Positions 19,643-29,334 are shown, counted from the stretch's first letter. The stretch is DNA of 64,000 bases from a bacterium (GCA_021788365.1 JAJYKS010000003.1:73810-137809); one strand, 5' to 3'. Numbers and translations: made by a program. The notes: generated by a model not told the origin, from the sequence alone.

Positions 19643-21549
19643 CAAAGCCGAAAATTATTGAGCCGAAGCTAACGAAGAACGCAGCGGAGGTCGCAAAGAA
19701 ACGATACCTTCGGACAGATCTAAAAGGCAAGACTTTGGAGACGCCAGGGGAGATGTTGTGGCGGGTGGCGTACCACATGGCAACGGCTGAAGTGAAATGG
19801 GCTGGAAATGGAATTGTTATGGAAACGGCGACGAAATTTTACGAACGGATGGTGTCTATGAAGCTCGTGTGCGCCGGCAAGGCAATGTTCGAGGCCGGGA
19901 ACCCGGGCGGCACCGGACAACTTTCTTCCTGTTTCGTGCTCCCTATAGACGACGCTATTGGCAAGATATTTAAGACTTTGGGTGACGCGGCGGTTGTCCA
20001 CAAAAACAATGGCGGCACCGGTTTTAACTTTAGTAAAATCCGTCCGCACGGGGATAAGGTGCGGAATGTGCCGGGCGCTGCAAGCGGTCCTGTCGATTTT
20101 CTAAAAGCATATTCGGCCGCTCTCGCCCAGATATTGCAGGGAGCGAAACGGCAGGGGGCAAATATCGGCATCTTGAACGCCGATCACCCCGATATCGAAG
20201 AATTTATCGATATGAAAGACACGGACGGGACAATAAAGAACTTTAACGTCTCGGTCGGTGTCACCGACGCGTTTATGGAAGCCGTCGAGTCTGATGGGTG
20301 GTGGAACTTGGTAAACCCGCGAAACCACGAGGTGGTGAAGCGTATGAAAGCGCGAACGCTCTTCAATAAAATCGCCGAGCAGGCGTGGAAGACGGGGGAT
20401 CCTGGTCTCGCATTCCTCGACACCGTGGAAGCGGGTAATACCGTACCGGGATTTGGCGTAATTGACGCCTGCAATCCGTGTGGCGAGATATTCCTCTTCC
20501 CGTACGAGTCGTGCAATCTCACTACCATCGATTTAGCGCGGCATTTGAGGAAGGCAAAAAGGGGGTGGGAAATAGACTGGAGGGAACTCGAAGAGACAGT
20601 GAAACTGGGGGTGCGCTTCCTCGACGACATGATCGAGGTAAATAGCTATCCGGTTCCTGAGATAGAGGCGACCGTTAAGAATGGCAACCGGCGGATTGGG
20701 CTCGGGGTCATGGGATTTGCCCATATGCTCTATAAACTCGGCATTCCCTATAACTCGGCGGAGGCGGTAAAAACTGCCAAAGAGCTTTCGAAATTTATCT
20801 ACGAGCACGCGGCAGAGGCTTCGGCGGAGCTTGCGGAATCTCGTGGTAACTTCCCCAACTGGGACTTGTCTATATATCCTGCCAAGGGGCAGCCCATGCG
20901 CAACTGTGCAGTGACCATGGTTGCGCCGACCGGTACCATCTCTATCCTCGCTGATACTAGTAGCGGTATCGAGCCGGTGTTTTCCTTGGTCACCATCCGC
21001 CGCACGTTCTATGAGGACGATCGCTCCAATCACTCGACCAAAGAACTCACGATGGTGGACCCCGTTTTCCAAGATTACTTGGAAAACAAAGCAAAAATGA
21101 ACAAAAGTAAAATTGCACAAATTTTTAAACATGTAGCGGCGGGAGACTATAGCGACCTAACGCCTGAGGAGAAGAAACTGTTTGTCACGACCCACCAAAT
21201 AGCGCCGGAGTGGCACGTGAAGATACAGGCTGCGTGGCAAAAATATTTTGATAACAGTATCAGCAAAACTATCAACTTTTCCCACGAGGCGACGGTAGAG
21301 GATGTGAAGGTGGCGTATATGCAGGCATGGAAAGCAGGGTGCAAGGGAATCACGATATACCGAGATGGGAGTAAGGGAGATCAGGTGCTGGTAGCGCAAA
21401 CCTCAAACGTCAAAGCTCAAAACCAAAACCTAAAACCAGAAGACCAGGGATCAAGCGGGGACGGGATGTGTCCGGAGTGCGGGGGGAGACTGCACAAAGA
21501 GGATGGGTGTGCCAAGTGCGTGGATTGCGGTTATTCGGTGTGTGGATAG
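19639..21549 (+). CDS. nrdJ: Class II ribonucleotide reductase, paralogue 2
   Basis: LSSCFVLP, CNPCGEI, ESCNL, VAPTGT, ISKTIN; C-terminal Cys ribbon. Confidence 0.95.
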   Translation: MTKPKIIEPKLTKNAAEVAKKRYLRTDLKGKTLETPGEMLWRVAYHMATAEVKWAGNGIVMETATKFYERMVSMKLVCAGKAMFEAGNPGGTGQLSSCFVLPIDDAIGKIFKTLGDAAVVHKNNGGTGFNFSKIRPHGDKVRNVPGAASGPVDFLKAYSAALAQILQGAKRQGANIGILNADHPDIEEFIDMKDTDGTIKNFNVSVGVTDAFMEAVESDGWWNLVNPRNHEVVKRMKARTLFNKIAEQAWKTGDPGLAFLDTVEAGNTVPGFGVIDACNPCGEIFLFPYESCNLTTIDLARHLRKAKRGWEIDWRELEETVKLGVRFLDDMIEVNSYPVPEIEATVKNGNRRIGLGVMGFAHMLYKLGIPYNSAEAVKTAKELSKFIYEHAAEASAELAESRGNFPNWDLSIYPAKGQPMRNCAVTMVAPTGTISILADTSSGIEPVFSLVTIRRTFYEDDRSNHSTKELTMVDPVFQDYLENKAKMNKSKIAQIFKHVAAGDYSDLTPEEKKLFVTTHQIAPEWHVKIQAAWQKYFDNSISKTINFSHEATVEDVKVAYMQAWKAGCKGITIYRDGSKGDQVLVAQTSNVKAQNQNLKPEDQGSSGDGMCPECGGRLHKEDGCAKCVDCGYSVCG

Positions 21550-21556
21550 GAGGGCT

Positions 21557-21877
21557 ATGGATACAAAACAACTACTAAAAAAAACTCTTGAGATAGATAA
21601 GAAAATGAGTGGCTATGACAAGTTCCAGCGTTTGGCTGACGCCATGGAGGAGCTTGGAGAGACAGCAGCGGCTATGGTAGTTGTTGAGGGAGTTAAGAAG
21701 ACGAACGATCCCAAGAAACAATATACCGTTCGTGATGTTGCCGACGGACTCGCTGACACAATGTACACACTCATTCTTTTGGCAGATCAATATGGCGTTG
21801 ATTTATTTCAAGAGTACGGGGAGATGATTGAGCGATTACAGAAGCGAGTAGAGAGTGGGGAATTTAGACATGATTAA
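21557..21877 (+). CDS. MazG-like all-alpha NTP pyrophosphohydrolase
   Basis: MEELGE...DGLAD motif. Confidence 0.8.
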   Translation: MDTKQLLKKTLEIDKKMSGYDKFQRLADAMEELGETAAAMVVVEGVKKTNDPKKQYTVRDVADGLADTMYTLILLADQYGVDLFQEYGEMIERLQKRVESGEFRHD

Positions 21878-24164
21878 AGAAATTACTAAGCGGGATGGGC
21901 GGGTGGTGCCGTTTTCCGTCGACAAGCTCGCTGGGGCGATATGGAAAGCGGGGAGGGAAACTGTCGAATTTGACGAGGCAGAGTCGAAGCGACTTTCGGG
22001 AATTGTCGTTACGCTCTTAGAAAAAACTCACACACCCGGTGTGAAGGGCGCCCACACACCGGGTGTTGAGGAGATCCAGGACTTTGTCGAGCAGGTTCTT
22101 ATGGCTGCCGGTCACTATCAGACGGCAAAGGCCTACATTTTGTATCGAGCCAAGCGAAGTGAAGAACGCAGAGCCGAACGCCTTATCGGTGTCACCGATG
22201 ACCTTGGCTTCACCCCCAATCAACTTAAGGTGCTGCAGAGTCGGTATTTATTAAAAGACGAAGACGGCAAAGTAGTAGAAACTCCCAGCGAGCTTTTCCG
22301 CAGAGTGGCAAAAAATTTGGCGATAGTGGAGAAGAAGGAGAAGCGTAAGCAGGTAGAAGCAGATTTTTACGAGGTGATGAGCAAACTTGAGTTTCTCCCG
22401 GCAGGTCGAACCCTCAACAACGCCGGTACCCCTCAGTCGCAGCTCGCCAACTGCTTTGTGCTACCGGTTGAAGACAGTATGGAGGGTATATTCGACTCGG
22501 TGAAATACATGGCGCTTGTACACCAGCGGGGCGGGGGAACGGGCTTTAACTTCTCGAAACTGCGGCCAAAGGGGGATGTCGTGACTAAATCATCCGGTGG
22601 ATTTGCGACGGGGCCGGTCTCGTTTATGAAAATTTTTGACATTGCGACCCGACAGGTCATGCAGGGCGGCAAGAAGCGCGGTGCCAATATGGGTATCCTC
22701 AACGTCGACCATCCCGACATCCTCGAGTTTATTACGGCAAAATCAGAGCGAGGAGAGATAGAAAACTTTAATATCTCGGTTGGTGTGACCGATGCTTTTA
22801 TGAAAGCGGTCGATACCGACTCTGAGTGGGCCCTCAAGAATCCGCGAACCGGTGAGGTGGTGCAGACTATGCGGGCTAGAAGCCTCATGGGACAGCTCAC
22901 CGCCATGGCGTGGCGCACGGGGGACCCCGGCCTCATATTCCTCGACCCCATCAACCGCAACAACCCGCTCCTTTCTAGGTACGGACGGATCGATGCCACG
23001 AACCCGTGTGGGGAGCAACCCCTTCACCCCTTTGATGCGTGCAACCTGGGAAGTGTAAACCTAGCAAAATTTGTCGGACCCTTCACACCCGGTGTGAAGG
23101 GTACCCACACACCGGGTGTGTTGTGGAACAGACTTGCCTTTGTGGTGCGGACGGCGGTGCGGATGCTCGACGACGTTATCGACGCATGTAAATATCCTTT
23201 ACCCCAAATTGCCGAGACCGTGCGGGCAAATCGCCGGATAGGGCTCGGTGTCATGGGGTGGGCAGATATGTTGTACCAGCTCCGTGTGCCATATGACTCT
23301 GACGCGGCGGTAAAGCTTGCCGGCAAAGTAGCCAAATTTATTCAGGATACCAGCTGGGATGAGAGTGCGAGATTGGCAAAGGAAAAAGGGGTATTCCCGC
23401 GGTGGAAAGAATCTAGTTTTGCACTTAGGGGACGGACCTCTAAGTATCGTAACGTGGCAATTACCACAATTGCACCAACCGGCAGCATCTCGATGCTCGC
23501 CGATGCATCATCGGGAATAGAACCGGTGTTTGCACTCGCCTATACCAAAAATGTGGTGGAAGACGCGGGCCTTACCTACATCAACAAGTATTTTGAGCGG
23601 GAGCTGCAAGCGGCTCTTTGGGCAGATGGTGACGCCGAACACAAGGTGCGGGATAGGATAGTTCGTGAAGTCTCGGCGGCTGGGTCGGTTGCCCACGTGT
23701 CCGGGGTACCCGCAGAGGTTGCCGGCGTCTATCGAACGGCGCATGACATATCACCCGAGTGGCATGTGAAGATGCAAGCTGCTTGGCAGAAATACACGGA
23801 TAACGCGGTCTCCAAGACCATTAACTTTCCCAACAGTGCGACTATAGATGACGTGGAGCGAGCATACATGCTAGCCTGGAAATCGGGGTGCAAGGGGATC
23901 ACCATTTACCGGGACGGGAGCAAAGACGTACAGATTTTGTCGGTGGGATCAACAAGCCGGCAAGTCAGCGAATCGGCTAGCCAGCAAGCCAGCAAGCCAG
24001 CAAGCCAGCAGATAATACAGAGTAAAATCAAAACAGAAACGTTGAAAGAGCGGGCAGCAAAGGGAAAACATATGACGGTGTGTCCGGAGTGTGGCGGAAA
24101 ACTTGTTGTCGAAGAGGGGTGTGCCAAGTGTTACGGATGTGGGTTTAGTGTATGCAACGGATAG
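21870..24164 (+). CDS. nrdJ: Class II ribonucleotide reductase with N-terminal ATP cone, paralogue 3
   Basis: ITKRDGRVVPF...AKAYILYR ATP cone; [29 protein letters not shown]; Cys ribbon. Confidence 0.95.
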   Translation: MIKEITKRDGRVVPFSVDKLAGAIWKAGRETVEFDEAESKRLSGIVVTLLEKTHTPGVKGAHTPGVEEIQDFVEQVLMAAGHYQTAKAYILYRAKRSEERRAERLIGVTDDLGFTPNQLKVLQSRYLLKDEDGKVVETPSELFRRVAKNLAIVEKKEKRKQVEADFYEVMSKLEFLPAGRTLNNAGTPQSQLANCFVLPVEDSMEGIFDSVKYMALVHQRGGGTGFNFSKLRPKGDVVTKSSGGFATGPVSFMKIFDIATRQVMQGGKKRGANMGILNVDHPDILEFITAKSERGEIENFNISVGVTDAFMKAVDTDSEWALKNPRTGEVVQTMRARSLMGQLTAMAWRTGDPGLIFLDPINRNNPLLSRYGRIDATNPCGEQPLHPFDACNLGSVNLAKFVGPFTPGVKGTHTPGVLWNRLAFVVRTAVRMLDDVIDACKYPLPQIAETVRANRRIGLGVMGWADMLYQLRVPYDSDAAVKLAGKVAKFIQDTSWDESARLAKEKGVFPRWKESSFALRGRTSKYRNVAITTIAPTGSISMLADASSGIEPVFALAYTKNVVEDAGLTYINKYFERELQAALWADGDAEHKVRDRIVREVSAAGSVAHVSGVPAEVAGVYRTAHDISPEWHVKMQAAWQKYTDNAVSKTINFPNSATIDDVERAYMLAWKSGCKGITIYRDGSKDVQILSVGSTSRQVSESASQQASKPASQQIIQSKIKTETLKERAAKGKHMTVCPECGGKLVVEEGCAKCYGCGFSVCNG

Positions 24165-24787
24165 TGTTGGCCAGCGGGAGCCCGAGAAGGAAGGAAATAC
24201 TTGAGCTTCTAGGCTTGGAGTTCGAGGTGGCCGAGAGTCTATTTGATGAAGACCTTATCCAAACAGATGATCCGGTGGAACTCGTTGAGGAACTGGCCAT
24301 ACAGAAAGCACAAAAAGTAGCAGAGCGATATCCCGACGCTATCGTTATCGGTGGGGATACGACTGTCACGTTTGGCGTGGGATGGATGGGGAAAGCAAAT
24401 AGTGCGGAAGAAGCAATAAAAATTTTCGGTGAACTTTTGGGAAAGACACACAAAGTGATTACGGGAGTGGCGGTCGTAAACTCCTTAACTGGTGATACTT
24501 ATGTAGGTAGTGAGGAGGGAGTGGTGACGTTTCGCGAGGGATCGCCCCAAGAGCTCGCTAAGTATGCCGAAAACGAAAAAAACTGGCGGGGATTTGCCGG
24601 GGCGTATGCCTTGCAGGGTGGGGCGGCGCCGTTTGCCCTTTCCCAGTCCGGCAAGCTGTCGGCGATTATCGGGCTGCCAGTCGAGCTCACAACCGACCTT
24701 CTGGAGCAGGCGGGGGTGACGGTGGACGCAGATCCACGCGCGGTTGAAGATATGCTCCACGGAATGAAAGTGGGAATTGGGGACTAG
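24152..24787 (+). CDS. maf: Maf family nucleoside triphosphate pyrophosphatase
   Basis: IVLASGSPRRKEIL, IGGDT, MGKA, AGAYALQG. Confidence 0.92.
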   Translation: MQRIVLASGSPRRKEILELLGLEFEVAESLFDEDLIQTDDPVELVEELAIQKAQKVAERYPDAIVIGGDTTVTFGVGWMGKANSAEEAIKIFGELLGKTHKVITGVAVVNSLTGDTYVGSEEGVVTFREGSPQELAKYAENEKNWRGFAGAYALQGGAAPFALSQSGKLSAIIGLPVELTTDLLEQAGVTVDADPRAVEDMLHGMKVGIGD

Positions 24788-24822
24788 ATAGAGGGGAGTT
24801 TCTGCGTGTATAATCCGGCCTC

Positions 24823-25623
24823 GTGGGATTGGAGCAGGGAGAGAGAAGGGTGTCTATTTCAACGGGGGCTTTGTGGCCAATTGCTGGAGAGTCGATTGGG
24901 GATAGGGTAGCTTCTGGATTTCAAATGGTTGATGGGTTGTTTGATAGCGGGGTTGTTGCTGGGTTGGAAGTGATGTTTAAGGACAACGGGCAGATCAAAG
25001 ATTTTTTGAGAGTACTGGACATGACAATGCTCTCGGAATTTCGACGTGTGGTTGATAGAGGAGCTGTATTGACGTTACATGCGCCTAAACCTCCTGAAGA
25101 CGTGATTTATGGTTCTGGTTCTAAGACGGAGATGGATATGTACGCTGAACTTCGTGAAGTATATGAAGTCATGAGTGGTATAAACATTTTTTACACGGTT
25201 TTTCATGCGGGTTGGTTTAATGAAGTGTTTATTCAAGAAAAGCTATTTCCTCATCAGACTGCTTACGAAAACAGTGACAAGCAACATACTAAGTGGAGGT
25301 CGGCGAAAGAAATGGGCAAACTTGTCCACAAAACTGGCGCATGGGGAGTTATGGATGCTGCGCATCTTAATAGTATTGGAGCTGGTCCACGGGAGGCTCA
25401 AGCAATGATAGATGCTCTTGGAGATGATCTTGCGGCGTTTCACATGAGTGGTATAAAACCGAGAGAAATTGAGCACATGCCAGTTACACGTATGAATGGT
25501 AGTAAGGCGAGAATGGTAAGTCTTTTAGAACCTATAAAGAAACATCCTGCGGCAGTCATCCTAGAATCACCAGTTGAGAGTGTGGTGGTGGCATTGGATG
25601 AATTGTCACTTGTACTCCAGTGA
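24823..25623 (+). CDS. TIM-barrel protein, xylose-isomerase/AP-endonuclease-2-like
   Basis: Spaced metal-ligand motifs LHAP, VFH, YEN, MDAAH, FHMS, EH, ILES. Confidence 0.55.
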   Translation: MGLEQGERRVSISTGALWPIAGESIGDRVASGFQMVDGLFDSGVVAGLEVMFKDNGQIKDFLRVLDMTMLSEFRRVVDRGAVLTLHAPKPPEDVIYGSGSKTEMDMYAELREVYEVMSGINIFYTVFHAGWFNEVFIQEKLFPHQTAYENSDKQHTKWRSAKEMGKLVHKTGAWGVMDAAHLNSIGAGPREAQAMIDALGDDLAAFHMSGIKPREIEHMPVTRMNGSKARMVSLLEPIKKHPAAVILESPVESVVVALDELSLVLQ

Positions 25624-25635
25624 TAGGATATTCGT

Positions 25636-26232
25636 ATGAGTAAACTGGGACTGGTTTATGTTTTTACCGGGGAGGGGAAGGGGAAGACGAGCGCGGCCTT
25701 GGGTGTCGCGACGCGGGCGCTGCTCCTTGGTAAAAAAGTTTCGTGGGTAGCCTTTTACAAACAAGCCAGTTGGGGAATCGCGGAGGCAAAACTGGCGGAT
25801 ACGTTTCCTCATATGACGATGTATTTCGGTGGACATGGATTTATGATTCACGATTCACGATTTAAGAGGGGAAATGGGAAGGTAGCACCAGTTGGAGGCA
25901 AGGGAAATGTGGTGGTAGATACGGCGAGTGAAGAGGAGCATCTCCAGGCAGCGCAAGCGTGCTTGGTACAGGCAAGAGAACAGCTTGCGAAGAAACCATT
26001 TTTGCTTGTCATGGACGAAGTACTAAACGCGGTGTCGGAGGGACTTATACAAGAGAACGAGGTTTTGGAGCTTTTGGAAGGGCGAGGAGAGACGCATGTC
26101 GTCTTGACCGGTAGATCCGACCCGCATCTTACAAGGATGATCCTTGTAAAGTGTGATCTAGTTACGGAGTGTAAGAAAGTTAAGCATCCTTATGACGAGG
26201 GGAACCTGGCGGTTGCGGGATTGGATTTTTAA
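25636..26232 (+). CDS. cobO: Cob(I)yrinic acid a,c-diamide/cobalamin adenosyltransferase (CobO/BtuR)
   Basis: FTGEGKGKTSAALG, VMDEV, VVLTGR, KHPY and GLDF C-terminus. Confidence 0.92.
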   Translation: MSKLGLVYVFTGEGKGKTSAALGVATRALLLGKKVSWVAFYKQASWGIAEAKLADTFPHMTMYFGGHGFMIHDSRFKRGNGKVAPVGGKGNVVVDTASEEEHLQAAQACLVQAREQLAKKPFLLVMDEVLNAVSEGLIQENEVLELLEGRGETHVVLTGRSDPHLTRMILVKCDLVTECKKVKHPYDEGNLAVAGLDF

Positions 26233-26287
26233 CTTGTTTTTTGCCGTATAATGAAATGAATAGCGTCCTGTATGGGGGTTTGTTTGT

Positions 26288-26704
26288 ATGGTAGATACGA
26301 AGAAAGAAAAAGAATCCATTCGGCAAGCTCAGGACCGTGGGCCAATAGGTGTGGTGGGGCGGGAACGTGCACCGGAGGAATTCCCCACGGTAGAGTCGCC
26401 GCGAAAAGCAGAGGAGCCACTGGAGGTTGAGAGTTGGATTGAGAAGATAGAGAAGCGCTTTGCGCGGGTACCGCAAAACAATAACATCCAGGATGACACT
26501 GTCGTTGTGACCCAGCCACAGTCCAATCAGCCGCCGGTGACTTTGCCGGTTACGCAGCAGCAAATCAACGATAATCACAATGGTAAGCCGGAGTTTTCGC
26601 TAACATGGCTTGTCACCTGGGCGATACGGCAGATAAAGATGCTCACTCTCGTGGGGAGACATATTCGGCTTCAGGATCTACCGGAAGCTGACAAGAAGAA
26701 GTAA
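26288..26704 (+). CDS. Hypothetical protein
   Basis: 138-aa ORF ending 2 nt before the ATPase gene. Confidence 0.65.
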   Translation: MVDTKKEKESIRQAQDRGPIGVVGRERAPEEFPTVESPRKAEEPLEVESWIEKIEKRFARVPQNNNIQDDTVVVTQPQSNQPPVTLPVTQQQINDNHNGKPEFSLTWLVTWAIRQIKMLTLVGRHIRLQDLPEADKKK

Positions 26705-26706
26705 CT

Positions 26707-29034
26707 ATGCAAGGTATGGAGGCATTTTCACAATTTTTAACCAACATGGCATATGGCTTGGTTGTTTTTGCCATAATCCTTGCTGGCCTCTCTGCTCTTG
26801 CCTACGCATTTCTCCTGTGGATCCGCAATCACAAGCGAGAGGAATACTCGCTTTCATTTGTAACGCTTGAAGTAGCCTTGCCACACGAGAACGAGATAAA
26901 GATAGATGCCGCAGAGCAATTGTTTGCCTCTTTGTACTCTATAAAGAATGAGGAGTGGTATTCATTCCTTCAGTCAGAGCATGCCATATCGTTCGAGCTC
27001 GTCGGAAAGAAAGAGGATATTCGCTTCTACGTGTCGGTGCCGCACGAACTCATGGAGCTTGTAGAGAAGCAGATCCACGGTGCGTATCCGGGTGCGGAAA
27101 TAAAAACCGTTGATGAGCCAACGATATTTTCCGATAATGGTAAGGTGGCATACGAGTCTTTTGTCAAAAAGAACGCCGGCTACTATCCTATTCAGTCGTT
27201 CCGTGATCTACCTACTGACCCGCTTTCGTCCATAACCTCATTTCTCGCTAAGATGCGGGAGGGGGAGGGTGCCATGCTCCAGATAGTGGTGTCGCCGGCC
27301 TCGCACGGCTGGGCGAGTTCGGGACACGGCTATATCAGCCGGTCGAAGAAAGACGAGGCAAATCCAGAGCATGCGACCTACTCCGTAGATCCAAAATCGC
27401 TGGAAGCGGTAGAGCGCTCAACCGGTAAGCCAGGCTTTTCTGTATCTATTCGTATGGTTGTCTCTGCGCCCACGAAGCGTGAAGCACATATGCTTTTGTC
27501 ACAATTCTCCGGAACATTTGCGCAGTTCTCCGGGCCATACAACAAGTTTGTGAAACAACATGTATGGCTGAAGCGTCTGTTTATGATCGATTTTATTTAT
27601 CGTTATCAGGCTATGTTTCGTGGCAAGTCAGTTCTTAATTCTGAGGAGCTTGCGACCATCTTTCACTTTCCCAATAAGCAAGTGGAGACGCCGCACATTC
27701 ATTGGCTGACAGCCAAATCAGCTCCGGCACCGGCACAGATACCCCAATCGGGACTCTTTCTTGGCAAGAGCGTATATCGCGGGCTATCTCGCAACATTTA
27801 TATATCCGATAAAGACCGGGCTCGCCATATGTATATCATCGGGAAAACGGGTGTCGGCAAATCGGAGTTTATGATGGACATGATCTTGCAAGATATACGA
27901 GCGGGTAAGGGGGTATGTTTTATCGACCCGCATGACACTGTTGAAAAAATACTTGAGTATATTCCGCCAGAGCGTGCGGAAGATGTCATCTATTTTGATC
28001 CATCCGACACCGACCGGCCCATGGGTCTTAACATGCTAGAAGCGGCTACGGAAGAGGAAAAACAGTTTGTGGCTAGCTCCATCATCAATCTCATGTACAA
28101 GTTGTACGACCCACACAAGACAGGTATCATCGGTCCGCGATTCGAGCACGCCATTCGCAACGCCATGATGACTGTTATGAGTGAGCCAGGGGCGACGTTT
28201 ATCGAAATCGTTCGCGTTCTTACCGACCAGAAATTTCTCCAAGAGCTTTTGCCGAAGGTGCAAGATCCCATCGTGCGGCGCTATTGGACAGACCAGATTG
28301 CGCAAACGTCGGATTTCCACAAGTCGGAAGTCCTAGACTATATTGTCTCTAAGTTTGGTCGGTTTATTACCGATAAAATGATGCGAAATATCATTGGACA
28401 ATCCCAATCTGCGTTTAATTTCCGCAAGGTTATGGACGAGGGGAAAATACTCCTTATTAACCTGGCAAAAGGAAGGATTGGGGAGGAGAACTCAGCGTTC
28501 TTGGGCCTCATACTTGTCCCTAAGCTTTTGGTTGCGGCTATGAGCCGGCAGGATGTGCCGGAGGCGCAAAGACGAGATTTTAACCTCTACGTTGACGAAT
28601 TTCAGAACTTTGCGACACCCGACTTCGCCACCATTCTTTCGGAGGCACGTAAATATCACTTGAATCTGACTGTTGCGAACCAGTTTATCGGACAGATCGA
28701 CGAAGAGGTAAAGAACGCCGTATTTGGTAACGTGGGTACGCTCATCTCTTTCCGTGTGGGTGTGCAGGACGCAAACTTTTTGCAACATGAGTTTACGCCA
28801 ACGTTTTCAGAATCCGATCTTACCAATGTGGAGCGATATCATACGTTCGTGAAGACCATTGTAGACAACGAACCGATGCCGCCTTTTTCGATGGACCTCA
28901 CACGCGATATCGATGCTTTCCGCAAAGCGGCTAACCCGAAACTTGCTGAGATGGTCAAGAAGCTATCGCGCCTCAAGTACGGAAAAGATAAGAATATTCT
29001 CGAAGTGGAGATCGCGAAGCGCGCGAGGTTGTAG
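26707..29034 (+). CDS. VirD4/TraG/HerA-like membrane-anchored DNA-binding ATPase
   Basis: N-terminal TM; HMYIIGKTGVGKS Walker A; IDPH; LYVDEFQNF Walker B; SEARKY. Confidence 0.88.
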   Translation: MQGMEAFSQFLTNMAYGLVVFAIILAGLSALAYAFLLWIRNHKREEYSLSFVTLEVALPHENEIKIDAAEQLFASLYSIKNEEWYSFLQSEHAISFELVGKKEDIRFYVSVPHELMELVEKQIHGAYPGAEIKTVDEPTIFSDNGKVAYESFVKKNAGYYPIQSFRDLPTDPLSSITSFLAKMREGEGAMLQIVVSPASHGWASSGHGYISRSKKDEANPEHATYSVDPKSLEAVERSTGKPGFSVSIRMVVSAPTKREAHMLLSQFSGTFAQFSGPYNKFVKQHVWLKRLFMIDFIYRYQAMFRGKSVLNSEELATIFHFPNKQVETPHIHWLTAKSAPAPAQIPQSGLFLGKSVYRGLSRNIYISDKDRARHMYIIGKTGVGKSEFMMDMILQDIRAGKGVCFIDPHDTVEKILEYIPPERAEDVIYFDPSDTDRPMGLNMLEAATEEEKQFVASSIINLMYKLYDPHKTGIIGPRFEHAIRNAMMTVMSEPGATFIEIVRVLTDQKFLQELLPKVQDPIVRRYWTDQIAQTSDFHKSEVLDYIVSKFGRFITDKMMRNIIGQSQSAFNFRKVMDEGKILLINLAKGRIGEENSAFLGLILVPKLLVAAMSRQDVPEAQRRDFNLYVDEFQNFATPDFATILSEARKYHLNLTVANQFIGQIDEEVKNAVFGNVGTLISFRVGVQDANFLQHEFTPTFSESDLTNVERYHTFVKTIVDNEPMPPFSMDLTRDIDAFRKAANPKLAEMVKKLSRLKYGKDKNILEVEIAKRARL

Positions 29035-29038
29035 AAGG

Positions 29039-29112
29039 TGGGCCAGCCTGGACTCGAACCAGGAACCTTGAAGGTATAAGCTTCCTGCGCTAACCAATTG
29101 CGCCACTGGCCC
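29039..29112 (-). tRNA. tRNA-Ile(UAU)
   Basis: GGGCCAG acceptor stem, D and T (GGTTCGAGTCC) arms; anticodon loop CT-TAT-AC. Confidence 0.88.
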
Positions 29113-29160
29113 TTCCAGAGGAAATTGTACCACAGGTCACGTGTGCTAGAATGGACCGAC

Positions 29161-29334
29161 ATGACGAATACGGTTGACCCAAAGATGATGCAGGCGGGGG
29201 ACAGAGCATTTTGGGATGAGTTTTATCAGCAGAATAATCCAGGTGATCGGTATATTGTGGTGGATACGAAAAAACAGGAAGTGGTGGTACAGAATGCCAA
29301 ACTTGTCCGGGACATGAAGAAGGTGCGGGTTTAG
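29161..29334 (+). CDS. Small hypothetical protein
   Basis: 57-aa ORF; TG-n-TAGAAT 8 nt before ATG. Confidence 0.45.
   Translation: MTNTVDPKMMQAGDRAFWDEFYQQNNPGDRYIVVDTKKQEVVVQNAKLVRDMKKVRV

Noticed and set aside
16745-24164. Inteins, introns or split-gene fragments explaining the three nrdJ ORFs
   Set aside because: Each ORF has a full catalytic motif set and normal length; no intein splice motifs or homing endonuclease are visible, and the copies are too divergent to be an assembly duplication.
26707-29034. Conjugative element based on the VirD4-like ATPase
   Set aside because: No relaxase or other T4SS genes nearby; such ATPases are common chromosomal genes in CPR.
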